64,000 nt of DNA from Azolla caroliniana (GCA_043228905.1 JBHGNT010000016.1:2542001-2606000); one strand, 5' to 3'; counted from the first letter of the stretch, positions 13,561 to 28,677 are shown. Made by a program: numbers and translations. The notes: a model not told the origin generated them from the letters alone.

Positions 13561-16500
13561 GAGTGGAGGATCAACCACCCTATGATGTGATGACATTCTT
13601 GTGATGTTCTTATTCTAGTGGTGTTTTTGTGTCTCATTAGGGTCGAAGTTTTCAAATGGAGGGTTAGAGTGCCTAGATTACTTGTGCTTGTCGCTTTTTC
13701 ACAAGCTACAATTTTTCGTTGGTGCTTGCTTCTTTTGCATAATGTCTCTTCAGGATGTTGTCACCTAGGATACGTAAAATTATGGTTGTATGATATGCCA
13801 TAACTCATATTTCAACTCGTTAAGTTGCATTGACAAGTGCTATGTTTTGTCCCTTACACCGAGTCATTGCACAAGCCAATCTATTACCTCCATAGAATTT
13901 CCAATCTATTTTTGATTTTGTTGCAATTGGGCATGTTGTATAATTGACAGACACAATCTTATTATTTTTGAAATGGAGAGCCACATTGTTTAGGTTATTT
14001 GTGGATACCTATTTACATGAGTCGCATAAGTTTCTTGGTACGTGCAATGTTTGTATAGTGTTGTCACTTATATTCATTGCCTCCTAGTTCCTTAAAAATC
14101 TAGTGGCTCATTACGCTTGGATTATCGACCCTCTGCATTTATAGGTATGTCACTTGTAACATTTCCAATTTGCATTGGATTTCTTACACTAATCAGGCAT
14201 GTGACATAATTGATAGAAGCACAATATTTATTATTATTATTAGCAACACGGTATTGTGTTGTATGTGCACTACTTGAAAGAGCTCTTGGGTATGGCAAAT
14301 CTACACATTGTTGGTGGATTGGCACAAGAAGAAACTAGTTTTTGTCGTACAGTTATGCAACAACTTAGGGCTTCTAGGGCCCCATGCAATGATGATATCC
14401 AATGGTAATACAACATCCTTTTTTGTAACCTCGTGTTGTATTTTAATGCTATACCCTTCACAAGCAAACAGAAAAGGGAATTATGTTCTTTCATAAGTTT
14501 GTTTTAAAAAGCATATAGGCGTTGGTGTGTGCAAACAGAAACGGAAGAAGTCTTTTTAGGAATCACATCTTATAATTGATTTTCTGTCTTCCGTCCTTTA
14601 TGGTATGATGATTTGATTGGCTTTTATGGCATGTTTTCTGGGTGTATACTATCATTTAAAGCACTAGACTTCTCCCATTGGTTTCTCGGAACTTGTGAGA
14701 CCCATATTAGGTGTACCTCCTTATGCCTAAGCTGGTGTAAGACTTAAGTCTTTATTTTCTAGGAATTCGAGAGACCTAGAATTGGCATGGTCTCGACTCT
14801 CAGCTGTCCCAATCTAGAGTTTATTACATGCCCTTAAGTTCAAGAGGTGTATGCCTATTTGAAAATATTGATGAGGATTAGGCTTCTTAGTTGTAAGTTG
14901 TAACAAATGACAATATTAGAAAGGAGAAACAAGAGGAATAGGCGTTTTGTGTAAATTCTAGTGCATATTTGTATTTCCTCTATTGGTGCAAGGACGCAAA
15001 GTATTTCATCCAACAAAGACAAAATAGACATCATGTAACTGATTGAAACTGCTATTAAGACATGACTCACTATGACACTTATTTGACTTGATGGCATTGT
15101 GGAATATAGGGGTTGCACATTGGTCTCTAATGGACATCTCACCATTGCGTAATAAACGTTTGAGGTCTTCTAGCTTCCCGCCATCACATACTACGTGCAT
15201 GGACCTCCCACAACTTCTCCAAGTCTTATGCACCATCCCCTCCTCCACGACACATCCATGCTCTACTTAAGTACACTAGTGACCTGGAAAAAATTATATG
15301 AACTTGAGGCTACACCCTCAACACTATCTAATGAGACTTCCTTGTAACTTTGTTTTTTGCTTCCATAGGCAATGTTTACAACCCTTTGAGGATATTAAAA
15401 TATTGTCGTCGTGAAGCATCTTTTATAAGTCAATGAATTGAGGCCATAACTTACTATTTTAAACATTTGCAATATGTGACAAACATTCTACAATCATGAT
15501 ATATATTATTCCTTGGTCATATTGCAACATTATTTTGATCATTTACATTCACAACATATTTGCATTCCTAATGATATCATTTACATCCACATCAACAAAT
15601 GCCCATGACACATCCAAAACATGATAACTATGGTTAACTTCTTGGGAACCATCAAAAGTAATTAGGCATCCTCCAAAATCTCATAAAGTCATTATGGCAC
15701 TTTACTACATCCAAATCCCATACATGGCATGTAGATTAAAGATGATGAATAAATTCACAACCCCAATAGCTACTAGTACCTAGGATAGAGAGGGTTGTAG
15801 AAGTAAACTTAATGATGTGGCTTGTAAGGTCATCGTACACTTTAATTGTTGCTTGATAATGTGTTTATGTGTATATGATATGATTTGTAGATTGAAAAAC
15901 TTAATGAATACATGTGTACTCATTTTGTATATAAATCAAGAAGCATTAGAAATAGGACAAAATGTCTTGTGCATTAGGAACAATGGATATCAAAATGATG
16001 GAAACTGTAGCATTGATAAGTTCGGCATATGATGTGGGCAAATACATGTACTGAAGTGTGCATATAACTATTGTAGAACCTTAGGAATGGCCCGCTTCGT
16101 GTAATAACGATGTCTATGTCTTCACTATTAAAGAGTTGAGAATCTAGTACATGACCTTTTATTTTAGTGTCTTTTGCAAAGTGTCAATGGTATGGCATAA
16201 TAATAATAATAACTACACATAAAGCATCAACCTTCTTATTAATACAAATGCAACTATAGGGATGAGATCTGCAAATCGAAAATTTAGATACTAGCAAAAG
16301 GAAAGTGTGAGATTCATACAATATGATTCTATTGAGAAAGTGACATGAGAGGTGGAGTGTATGGTGTAATTTACTTCGACAAGTAAATGGGGTCCCATAC
16401 AAGAGGTAGTGGTTATAAAGCATTAGCAACAAGAAAAAGTGCTTGAAAAGAAGACTAAATTTTTCAATAATAATATCCATTTATGTTTATAGATCCAATA

Positions 16501-16654
16501 ATCCTTCCATTGATAAGTTGTTGTCAATTTCTCATATCCGACCATGTTTTTAAAACCATAACTGGTAAATTTTCAAGAGCTCATGCTTAAGAACATTTTA
16601 TTCTCATTTTTGAGATAAGGAGGTATGATTTTCCCAACAATTTTGGTCAACAAC

Positions 16655-19220
16655 TTTTTTTTTTTAAAGTCAAGATTCACCGTGGTATTACTGAAAAGAT
16701 GCCCAAAGGCTACAACGAATCCATACAATAAATTACAACCCTCGTACCCACATGAATTAACATGTCTAATAGCGGAAACCCTCTTACATGGTCATTTCAA
16801 GACATGGGGCGGAAAAAGCCATCTTGGTGGAGCATATCTCCATTTTATTATGTCCCCAGAAAAGTTGAAGACCTCTGCCTTTTTCCAAAATTCTCGAAAT
16901 TGTTGTTGCTTGCAAAACACAACATGAGGCTCACCATGTATTGCCTCATATTGACCTCTTAGAGTATGCATGAGCATCAACCTAACATTCCTTGTGCTGA
17001 TATGCTTTGCCATTTCCATTCATTGGGATCCCACAAAAGTTTATAAATGGGCTTATTCTCGTAGATCCACAATTCAGATAAATTGTTTATATCATTTGGG
17101 TGTGGATTCAACATCTATTTTTTTATCGTTTTTCCACAATATACGAACAGGCAACATACTCTCTTGAGATACAACTTCATCTTCCATAAGGATAGAATGA
17201 AGTCGTCTAGAATGCAAAACATCGAAATAAAGACAGTCATGAGAGTTTTTATAGCCCTTGACCCCCAACAAGACATATAAAGATGAAAACATACCATACC
17301 AAAATAGACCACTTTGAGAAGGCTGAAAGGAATACATCGTAAACACTCTATCGATTTCTGCATACATAATGTTCCCACCCCAAATTGTGCGACAAACCTG
17401 GGTTTTGAAAAAAGGGGGAAAATGGAAGGCCTTTAGGAAACCTATACCTTGCTCTTTGTATATTGATGTTGTCATTAAATGAGATGTTTTAGCAATTTGA
17501 AGGATACAAGTGTATCACAACTTATGGGGTGTAATAGGGTTGCATATGCAATTGCCAATGTTAGTAATTGGTTTTGTAGTAAAGCAAAGGAGGACCGATA
17601 TCAACTAAAAACCAAGATATTGAGTACTACTAAGCAAGGGGTTGTTTCGTTGCAACATTTTCAACAACGTATGTCGTGGGCGATGTGGGTGATGTCTGAA
17701 TTGCATAATACAATGGATAAGCTCTCTAAACTACAAGATGCTTGGGCCCAATGCACTTATAATTCATTTGTTGCAAAGTGCGCACAAATGGGGGATAAAG
17801 TCTCTACTGATTTTTTCAAATTTGTAATTGAAAAAAAATCTTGTAATGGGATGAAACAACTTCAGAGGGATGACGAACCTATCATGGAGGATGTTGGGGA
17901 AATAAGGGATATTGCCACACAATTTTATAGCAATCTATTGTCCGCTCAATGTTTTACACTTGATCAATTGGAGAGTCGTCAATGTGTGTGGCATACCATG
18001 CATGCATGGGTTTCACTACATATGGGAACTGTTTTAGTTAAGACAATTTCAATTTTTGAAGTATGAGCTGCTCTGGATGCAATTGGCGCCCATGTATGCC
18101 TTGGTATTTATGGGTTGTCGGCATATTTTTTCCGGAATGATTGGGAATTTATTGGGAACGACATTACTGTTGCATTCCAAGAGGTGTTTGACACTGGAAT
18201 TATGCCAAGTAAATGGACAACAGGTATGATATATCTTATTCCTAATTGGAAGGGGTAGTGGCTGATATTAGGAAGTGGCGACCTATTACTATATTTAATA
18301 CTATTTACAAAATATATGTTAAGTTGTTGGTTATGAGACTACAACCTTTTTTAACAGACGTCATTCATAACACCCAAATATGGTTCTTACAAGATAGGAG
18401 TATATTGGATAACATTTTCTTATTTTGGGAAGCGGTTGCAATTTCACAAGAAAGGAAAGACGACAATAAGATGTGAGTGATTTGAGAAAGTTGTCCCAAC
18501 TAATATTTGTAATGAACATCCTAATGTTAGAAAGAAGTCATCAGCGTAGAATCTGTCTAATCGACCTAGATTAGTACCCAACAACCGCCTATTTGATCTA
18601 GAGAATTGCAAGGATTCAACATGTTTGCTAAAACAAAGAAGCTTACCAAGTATCCTGAAAACCATACTTAAAGCACAACCTCTCCCAAAAGCTTAACTCT
18701 GAACCATATAAAACAACTTGGCTACCTCCACTTCTATCCAACTTATCCTCAATCATATTAAAATCTCCGACCATACACCAATGATCCACATGTGGCAAAG
18801 TATCACACAGATAAGACCACAACCTCCTCCTATTTGATGATGCATTATGAGCATATACATTTATAAAACCCAATTGTAGATTTTGGATTTCTACAATAAT
18901 AACTTGCACTCTTCCTTCCACTTAAATCCTATAGTCAATCACATAAGAGGACCATTTTTGGGCTAATCCTATACAGACACCAGCTTTATTGTAGGATTCG
19001 CCAATAGCGGAGTTCCAAAAATGGGCCGAAGAACCACTGAATAAGGATCCATATGAATCTAACCTTGATGAACTCAAATGATGTTCTTGTAAAAAAACCA
19101 TATCTGCAAATCGCATAAAGCTTTTACACAAGTTTTGCCTAAGTCTAGCCTTAAATTTCTATGCTTGTGCACCACCTAATCCTTGAACATTCCATGAGAC
19201 AATACGAAAATTATCCATAG
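16655..19220 (-). mobile_element. Rearranged L1-type LINE: endonuclease (-), internally inverted RT N-terminal part (+), C-terminal domain and poly(A) (-)
   Basis: Endonuclease motifs IVSWNVQGL (~19180-19210), VFLQEHHL, FINVYAHN, MVGDFNMI, RLDRFY on minus 18476-19220. RT-region motifs KWRPIT..NTIYKI, QDRSILDNI on plus 17479-18475. C-terminus PPRWLFPP on minus at 16792-17475. T11 at 16655-16665. Confidence 0.85.
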
Positions 19221-20739
19221 GCTAACAAAAGTTGTTTTCCTTTCACCCTCTTCTCCTCCATTGTTACTTTCTTAGGCTTAGCGATTTGTCCAGCAATCTT
19301 GAATCCTTTCTAGGATTTCCTAGCCACAACTTCTGCGTATGTATCTTTCTTTATTGATGAAGAGAGTGTGCTATTTCCCTCCACCATCATACCTCCATTC
19401 ATAACCATAGTATATGACTGCACAACCGATTTCCCAAGCATGAATCCTTGTGCATTCTTACCATGGCTTGCTAAGTCTTTTGTTTCAGCCTGAGTTAACC
19501 TTCAAGAATACTACAACCCATCCATATGACCCATCCTCAAGAGATATCACAGTTTTGCCCTCTTCATTCTTTTCTACCATAGCTAACTCCATGTGAGACT
19601 CACCTTGTAATAAGGAAGGCTCAAAAGCTATCATATGCTCATGATCATTCCCTCCCTTCAAGGGCTTGTCCATCATGGATTTGACAATACGAGGGTCAAT
19701 TACAATATCGTAACCCTCCTCTCTATCAAGTTGTATATCATCATTATTAAAAGGAACTATTTGTAAATTTTTGGTCAACAACTTTTAGTTTTCATCTAAG
19801 TGATTCAATTGGATAAGTAAGCTTCCTCACTTATTCAAAGAAACCATGCTCTCATAAATAGAAGCCACTTAGTACAAAAATTATCAATTCATACAACAAT
19901 CTTAGTTAGATAGTGTATCGAACCCCATATTGGCTAATAAGTTATACAAACATTACAATATTTATTTGTGAACCTCTTCATGGATAGACCTACCTTAATG
20001 ATAGGAGTTAGGACTATCCTTTTTTTTTAGTAATTGCATTATGTTTGTACTCTATGGATGCTAGTTTATCATAAGCTCACCATCTTGTCAAAATGTTGGA
20101 GTTAGGATATTCACTTTTGGATATGTCAATAAATGTGGTTTCCATTGTCTATATATCATCGTTATGCGTGTCTTCATGTTGTTGAGTTGTAGGATTACAT
20201 CTTGTTTTCTTTTTGAGTAACTAGAGGGTTTTTTGTTTGGAGATTGTTGTATTTTGGCGTGTATTAGTATTTTTGTATATATGCCCATGAATATGTAGAG
20301 TTTGTGTTTGATTTTGTTTGTATGTTTTTAGAGAGAGAAGAGAGAGATATTGTAGGAGGAGATCTAAACCAACGATGGAGGAGGAGGAGAAGAAGAAGAT
20401 GGGCTAAGGTTTGTTTAAGCATTTGCAAAACAAAGAGAGAAAAAGTAAGACAACAACATGTTCCTAAGTTCAAATATGAAATGAAGCATCATGCCACTTG
20501 AAAGAAAATAGGATAGATTTTGAATTATCTAGGGAGATATTTTATTGTTGACATTATTATTCCTATGATTTCTTCTTCTTCCTTTTATTATTTTCCAAAA
20601 AAAATGCTATCCATTAGCTAGGAAAAAATACAAGAGGTATCATATGTACAAGGGTCAGACCTCATATAGGGCTCTGTGGCTTCGATTAACTCTAAAAACG
20701 TGAAGCCTAGAAGGATCCTTCTATAGTCCAGGGATGATG

Positions 20740-21700
20740 GAGGGATGTTGCATGGGGGGAGTCGTCATTGGGAGGATTCATTTCAGGGGAGATAACACCA
20801 TTGTATTTTGTCACCTTGCAATCACGATTCACAACATCGACGTTCCACTCCATTTCAAAATAAAGGTTGCTCGTACCCTAGATGTTGCCGTTTCGCCTTG
20901 AATATCTTCATATGACCCATGAAAGAAGGCGATGAGTGATCCCAAAGTTCCATGATTACCTCTATTGACGAGATGGGATTCCCTTAGAAGATCATGTGGC
21001 AACGGTGCTACCATATCTACCATGTTGTTAGACCTGCAAGTATGGTCCACAATGACTTCGCCTCTATTGACTTTGTTTGTGACCAGGATGGAGAATTGGT
21101 CGACCTAATAGTTGAACCTCGCGCCAATTGCATGAAGGGGTCTGATTCGTTGAATTAGGGAAAGCATGATTCCTGGTCCGTTGTGAGCCATTGGGTTGCC
21201 ATCCATGAGACCTCTCCATAACCTTTGTTGCGAGCTAGTATCCGTAAACTTCGCTTCCATATTTCCTGCGCGTGTACGCAAGACCACAAGCAATGTTGAG
21301 ATGATTTAATTGCTTCACTGCACAAGCAACAAGTTGGGTCCAGTCCACATATGTTGCTCCATTCCTCAGTTGGAAGGGCACGATGGCTGAGCAGCCAAAA
21401 AAATGACTTCATTTTTTGGGGGAGATCGGTAATCCATAGTTTCTCCCAAAACCTGTGCAAGAAGAAGTTAGGTATGTTGTGTGATGCCCACCTATTTTTA
21501 ATTGGGGTTTTAGCTGCTAGCTTTTGGAGTAGTAGGCACCTTCCTATGCCCGTAGTATAGGCAAAGAACTCCCTTTTCTTCTGATAAGGGATATTCCAGA
21601 GGGTCTCAATCGAGTTGTTCTAGCGAGCAATTATCATCAACCCATACCTTATAATCATCCTCCCAACTCTCTAGTTCAAGGTCGATGTGCCATTTCTTGT
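20740..21700 (-). mobile_element. L1-type LINE 3' fragment (zf-RVT and C-terminal module)
   Basis: ORF 21155-21460 FWEKLWITDLPQKMKSFFWLLSHRALPT...CCLC...HCLWSCVHAQEIW is a zf-RVT signature. ORF 20829-21050 matches the C-terminal module. Confidence 0.8.
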
Positions 21701-22742
21701 CCATACATGTGATGATTCAAATGGGATACCAGTTCCCTTCGACTTCATTTGAAGAATGTAGGCGCATTTGCAAAAAATCACCATTCGTCATCCCACCTTT
21801 TATGGTGAACGCTTCACCATCTCTTGTGAACAAACCAAGCCACGTATTAGTTGTAGTTTGTGTGGGTGTTGGGGTCACTATCACCTTCTCCATTAGTTCT
21901 AACATATGTTTGCTTATTTTTTGCCATTGCTACCATGAACAAAAAGAATAACTTGATGGATTGTGTTATCCATGAAAGCATACTTTTAAAAGTAGGTGTG
22001 ATAAATATATTTGCTGAAATTCTACACTTAAACAAACCTATATAATATAGATTGTGCCTTTTTTCTAAAGAACAAGACACATTAGGAGAGGCCGACTGTG
22101 GCAATAACTAAACAATTCACATGAAACACCATGCCAAATAAGGAGAGACCCTTTGGGCTACGAAATATGGTGAGGAGATGGTTCATTGCCTAAAGGCAGT
22201 CTATATGGATTGAAGCAAGCACTATGACAATGGTATTAGAAGTTTGATCCATTTATGAGGACATAAAAAAATTTCTATAGAAATGAATTCATAGTTGTAT
22301 ATGAAGCAATGCAAAAGTAACAACTTAATCTTATTCAACGTGTAGATGGATGATATGTCGATCACAGGAAAGTCCTTGGAGTTCATCCATGCCTTGAAGT
22401 GTTCCACATATAGTGGAACACTTGAGAAATTTTCAATTCATTTGCTTCTACGTGAATACATTACCAAGGTACTTGAGTGGTTCCACAACCCAAAGCCAAA
22501 CCTATCACTGCTACACCACCAACCTTGTTAAAACTTAAGAATGAGCAAGAAGGATTTCCTAGAGTACGAAGTTTCACATTAATGGATGTAAAAAGTTCAT
22601 TAATCGTCCATAAATGGTAACACAATGTATTCCATCCATGGTGGGCACAAGGCTCAACATTGCATCTTGAAGTGAGTGAAGCAATAATTGGAAGTTTTTG
22701 GGCTCCAACTTACTTGAATATGCATACAATAGGAAATTGGCA

Positions 22743-23010
22743 TTTGAATATATATTCAAGTTCATTGGAGGGGTGGTATAATGGAGTGATATGGCAAAGC
22801 CCAATCCACCATATTGATAGTCATAACAAGATTTCTTTGGAGCGGATTAAATTTTTTCATGCTCAAATGAAGCAAATTTGAATATATATTCAAGTTCATT
22901 GGAGGAGTGGTATAATGGAGTGACGTGGCAAAGCCCAATCCACCATATTGATAGTCATAACAAGGTTTCTTTGGAGCGGATTAAATTTTTTCATGCTCAA
23001 ATGAAGCAAA
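22743..23010. repeat. Tandem duplication, ~135 bp x2
   Basis: tttgaatatatattcaagttcattggagg...gctcaaatgaagcaaat occurs at ~22743 and ~22877. Confidence 0.9.
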
Positions 23011-26000
23011 TAAAGGCACACCATCACTTCATTTGTGATTAGATCCCAAAGAAATATACCATTTTTCCAAAGGTATGTACCCGAGAATGCCACATTTGGA
23101 TTAACAAAAACACTCAAACTACCCATTTTGAACATGGCCATAGGTTGATGCATATCTAGGAAGTATGGAACCACAAATTGTGCATTAAACCGTGCTAAGC
23201 ATGATCAACAAGTGGAAACATGCATGATTCCCAAGGGATGAGTGTGCATCATAGTTGCCGCAAAACCAAGCTTGTGGCACTAGAACAAGAGAATCAAAGG
23301 TTGGGTCGAGACTTGCAACAGGTGAGTGATGATAACCTGACACTATGAGGGGCTACCTCAATGGCTCCACCAATTAGAATAAACTTTACTATCTCAATGA
23401 GTTCTGAGGATTCTTGATACATGTGTGGTTGATGAACCAAATGTGTTTGAGTAATACCCAACCGATGTTGTTGCAGTTGGTTCAATGTCAATCTTCAACT
23501 TAACCTATAGCTATTGTGTACCTCATCTATAATAAAATTTATTTTCTTTATTTCCTTTTCTCAATCTAGTATTGTTTTTTGGCATTGGTCGTCGATAGTT
23601 TCAACAAAAAAATCCTCTTCCTCTTTTTCATCTTCTAATTTTCTTTTCAAGAACTCTAAAAAACTCTTCTCATACCCATGGAGCTCATCAACCAGAAGAA
23701 AATGTTTATCCCGTTAGAGTTTGGTTGCACCATAACAAAGTTGTTGGCATCATAGAAGAAGAATAAAGCAACAATATGGGGAATCATCTCAATGGTCCAT
23801 CGACTAGAATAAATTCAATTATCTTCGTGGAAACATTTTCGAAGATTTCTACACCTACCTTGGCGAATTCTTCTTTCCTAGAAAAAGGTTGTGGTGTGTT
23901 TATCCAATAAATGATTGGTTTGTAGCCTACCACATCCATCAAGCTCACCAATACCATGATGCAACTAAATATACGAACCTCACACATTCTGAATCCTCCG
24001 GTAATTGTTCCTAAAGTTTTGCCTTGTGATAGGCCCCCATGGCATACATCAACATGTTTGGTGTTTCTTTGCAAGATTTGATGAGACAAAAGGAGATACA
24101 TATGTATCCTTCAACTTCTCTAGAGATGACAACTTGGAGGTACTTCATTTCCCCCATGGTGGAGTTTTGTTAACCATTAGAACTGGCCAATAGTCATTCT
24201 TGAAATGATCAAACTTGAACCCGAAGAAGACAAAGGAACTGAAGGTTGCCCGTTATTAATAATTCTTGAACCACTACACGACATATGTCATGGTATTGTG
24301 CGTGTGGATAATGTTGAAGGGAATGAAAATTCATAGAGGATTTATTAATGCTCATTGTCTTGGGTAGGTCATCCAAAACTAGAAGATTGGGTGGATGCAT
24401 AGGAGCCCTACAAGTTCAACAATATAAATTAAAAACCAAAGAATATTTGAACTTCTTATGGTTTTTAACTTTATATCTTTGTGCTAAGTTTGATGTTAGT
24501 CCCTTATCAACAACAACAAGGGCAAACGTAAGCATATAGAACTCCTTGCACAATTGTACCTTGAAGTATTCATGAGTGAGAACGCTAGGCCAGATGTTTG
24601 ACCTCCTTATTAAAAACTAAAAGTCAATGAGCATATGGTTTCCTCAATGAGCATTAATTTTTGACACGGTCCCAATTTAATAACAAGTAGACTAGATAAT
24701 AGATTACAGAAATTAATTTTATATGGGTATCAAAAAGCAAAATACATAAAGGATTAATCTAATCCATAGACAACGGGATTATCTCGACTTTGTTACATGG
24801 AGTGGTTTAGAATGGGTAGATAGATAAAGAAGTCAGAGATTTGGGAATTCCAATAGTGAATGTTATAGTCACAAAATTTGCCAAAATTACTTTTATATTC
24901 AGCTTAAATTCAAAGGTCACGATATTTGTTTGAGGAAAGAATTGGTGAGGAAAAGGGGAATGATGAATTCTCGTAGCGATTGACAAGCTAATCTCATAGG
25001 CTCAACACAAAACACCTTGACACATCTTGTCAAAAGTGAATAAATACTTGTTTTTCCCATGGAACCTCCACAGAAATACTCATGTAGGTCAAGTGGCCCA
25101 ATCATTGTCTTCAATATGAAAGAAGTGCTAGATGAAGCTCTCATCAAGAAGAACATGTCAATGTCCTTATGGCGCATATGGAAATGCTTTCTTTGTGTGA
25201 GCCTTATGGAATCACTTGTCAGTTGTAGTTGTTTCTTTTTGTTAATACCTAGTGAAAGTCGGAAAAACGAATTTTGCTTGTTCCCCCATTTCCCGCCACT
25301 AGGATTTTCACATTGAATTTGGCAAATGTGTTAACCTTTATTGAATAGGGGAACAATAAACAAGCAAATTATCCCTAATATTTCTACAAGTGTTTTCTTT
25401 ACTAATGAGATTCAAACCAATATCTCTGATTTTGCATATTTGGTCATGCCCTGTTGTTGAGTCGCTCAAGGTTTGGCACATGCCCAACCATCGAGGTTCC
25501 AATCACTTTGGGCCCACTTGTCCACAGAAGGTAATTGTTGATCCTTTATGAAGGAGCTATCGTGACATGCAACTAACCATCGTGCAAAGCTTCTAAACAA
25601 TATTGCGTCAAGCTAGTCATCGCTTGCCTCTTCAATTGACTAGACTCGACACTAAGACCTAGGCTTCATGCTAAATCATCTTTCTCGTCTTTTACTTTGG
25701 TTCCAATTCCACCTTATACACTCAACCCCTAAGGGTGGGAACTTATTGTCATCCAACCTTCTCCTCCTCGAGCCTTCTGCACTTGGAGCCTTCTCCTCCT
25801 CCAACATCGAGAAATGTATTCATGTACGGCAAGATTCAAACCTTACACCTCTAGAGTTAGAAGAGGATGATTATTATTGAGTGTTAGATTTCTCATAGAT
25901 AATATTTACATATGAATATAGTCAAAAACAACTTAGATAAACCCTTTGGCCTCTAAACCAATTATCGATAGGTAGCCTAAAGTCGGCAACACAACAATTC

Positions 26001-26632
26001 GAGTCCCACAACCCATCCTCTCTGGTTCAAGTACTCGATGGTTCCGCCATATTTCACATGCACGTGTGTAACTTCATGACAATGCACGACGACGATTTTT
26101 GTCTCCTCTAACAAATGTACCATACAAAATTGGTTATTTGACCGAGTTTTATTTTTACGAGAACCGTTGAAAGCTTTTAGGTGAAGGCGATTGCTAACAC
26201 CTAAGCAGACATGGGGTTTCGATATTGACAAGTGTATTGATCGAATTTTGTCGCAGGTTACGTGGGACCAACGAAAATCTGCACACATATTAGCATGGGG
26301 TTTTTTTTTTCATAATTAGCAGCACAAAGAGCTTCAGTTTCACGTGGTTTTTTTTTCATTGGTAGTGCGAGAGCTTTTATCGTTGGTTCTTTCGGATGGA
26401 TGCCGGAGTCGGGGTCCAAGTGAGTGAACATTATGTATTATATTCAATATGATACCAAATGTATGAAGTTTGGAGATTCCTCTTTCTTCATGAAGTCTAA
26501 AAAATAAATCAGTAGAAGCTTCTGGAAACAACCAATATATGTATGTAATGTATTGGTTTGGCTCTGCCTTTTCTTCCAGAAGTCTCTAAGAAGCTTCTAG
26601 AAACAACCACTTCTTTCATTCTGTTGCCTTCT

Positions 26633-26669
<37 letters not shown>

Positions 26670-26913
26670 CTTCCTGCGCTGCGCCTCGTCGTAACCCTAA
26701 TTTTCTTTCCATCAATCTCTGTGTTGACTTCATTCGCAAATTGTCTCCCTCCATCCGTTCTTTTCAACTTCTCTGTCACACTTCTTTCTTTGGTCTTCCA
26801 AAACCTTACATTTCCTCTCCTTTCTCCGTTTTCCCAAGCCCTGTGCCGAGCCATAGATCAAATTCAGAAATAGTAAAGAATAAAGAAAGGAAGACCATAA
26901 GCTCCGTACCTCC

Positions 26914-28515
26914 ATGGCGAAGCTCGGGGAAGGGGACAAGAGATGGATCGTTGAAGAAAGACCAGATGGAGCCAACGTTCATAACTGGCACTGGGCGGAG
27001 AAGGACTGCATTCAATGGGCTAAGAAACGCCTCGCAGATCTACTAGAGAATATAATCGTAATGGAAGGATCGGGGGGACTATGGATACGAACCACAAAGA
27101 TTGATAGTGTCACAGGAGAAGCTTATGTTAACATAAGGAAAGGTAAGATTATACCTGGCTATGAACTTACTGTCGCTCTTTCATGGAAAGGTGAAGCTAA
27201 AGATGGCGAAGGTAATGTAATCTCTCAAGTCGATGGTAAAATTCAGATTCCTTACATAGCTGATGAGAATGCTGATGAAGATCCAGAGCTCAGAGTTTCT
27301 GTTCTAGATGAAACGCCTGTTGGACAAAGGTTTAAAGATGCTTTCTTAGCCAAAGGTAAAACGATGGTGTTAGGAAAGTTAAGAGAGTTTGTAAATGATA
27401 TGCAACAAGGAGGGCCAGCTAAAGAAGATATCCAACAAGGCAAAATGAATGCCAGATCTTCTGCAAAAACCTCAAAGGTTGATGATAATGTGAGGATGGA
27501 ACAATCAGTACAGGCCTCTGGTAATGTTAAAAAGAGCACTGCGAAGAAAGAGAAGGAGAGAGAAGGGTTTAAAACCATATCTTTAACTGAGAGATTCCAC
27601 TGTCGGCCTCGAGATATTTATGGTACTCTGATGGATGAGAAGAGATGGAAAGCATTTACTCAAAGCAAAGCTATCATCAGTAAAGAAATTGGAGGTCAAT
27701 TCTCCATTTTTGATGGAGCTGTGTCTGGAATTAATTTGAAGTTGGAAGAAGATAAACTGATCATGCAAAAATGGCGTTTCCAGAATTGGCCAGATGAGCA
27801 CTATTCTACGGTGAGTTCACTAATCAAAGTTAAAAAACATGTGCGTGTGCTTGTGTGATATGTTACGTCCATTTAACTACACATGCTTTTGCTGTGTACT
27901 TAAATGCATTTGTTACTGCAATGTCCTTGTTTTCGTTATGTTCAAAGATGTGAATTGTTTTAAAACCAGAATAAAATGGAAATTTGGTCTGTAGCAACTA
28001 AAATAATGTGGAAGTTATATGTTAGATTATGATACTGAAATGATATAGACACATTTTGAAAACATAATTAGAAAAGTTTATTGAAGATAACTGCTAATAT
28101 AAGGTAGTTTATAGGAAGGGAAATGTTGTGCCTCTTGATGTATTTGTGGTAGTTGGTCTTGAAAATATTGTTATTTTCTGAATGTGTAGGTTAGCTTGAC
28201 ATTTGAAGAGCCAGAAATAGGAGTAACTGTGGTTAAGTTAACGCAGACAGATGTTCCTGAAGAGGACAGGTATTCTTAACAAGCGTGAGATACTCTTGAG
28301 CTTTCTACTTCTAACTCATAATGAATATCTTCCCATTGCATAAATAATGTCGTTTCTTCTCTATTTTTAGCTTAGTTATATTTATTCTATGGTGTAATTG
28401 TCTACTTTTAATCTTCAACAGGTTTGGGAATGCAACTGTTGTCGAGAACACTCAGAAAGGATGGCGAGATCTCATCTTTCACAAGATTAGAGCTGTTTTT
28501 GGCTATGGTTTATGA
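26914..28515 (+). CDS. AHA1: Activator of Hsp90 ATPase (Aha1_N + AHSA1 domains), 3 exons
   Basis: Exons 26914-27810, 28190-28269, 28422-28515, GT-AG and phase-consistent. MAKLGEGDKRWIVEERPDGANVHNWHWAEKD, AYVNIRKGKIIPGYEL, WKAFTQS, QKWRF, C-terminus GWRDLIFHKIRAVFGYGL*. Confidence 0.95.
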
Positions 28516-28677
28516 GGATAGAGAATGGGTTTTGCCATTGTTCCTTTCAAACACGATAAATGTGTCAAAATTCAAAGCAATTGTAGTTTTTTAATGTACA
28601 AGGCATTCCGGGAAACATTCTCTCTATACAATGTAAAACCTGAGATTATTTGTGAAGATGTTGTGGATTGTCTGATT

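Noticed and set aside
26558-27046. 162-aa ORF overlapping the AHA1 start as a uORF
   Set aside because: Non-ATG start, runs through a (CT)n microsatellite and shows no coding signature.
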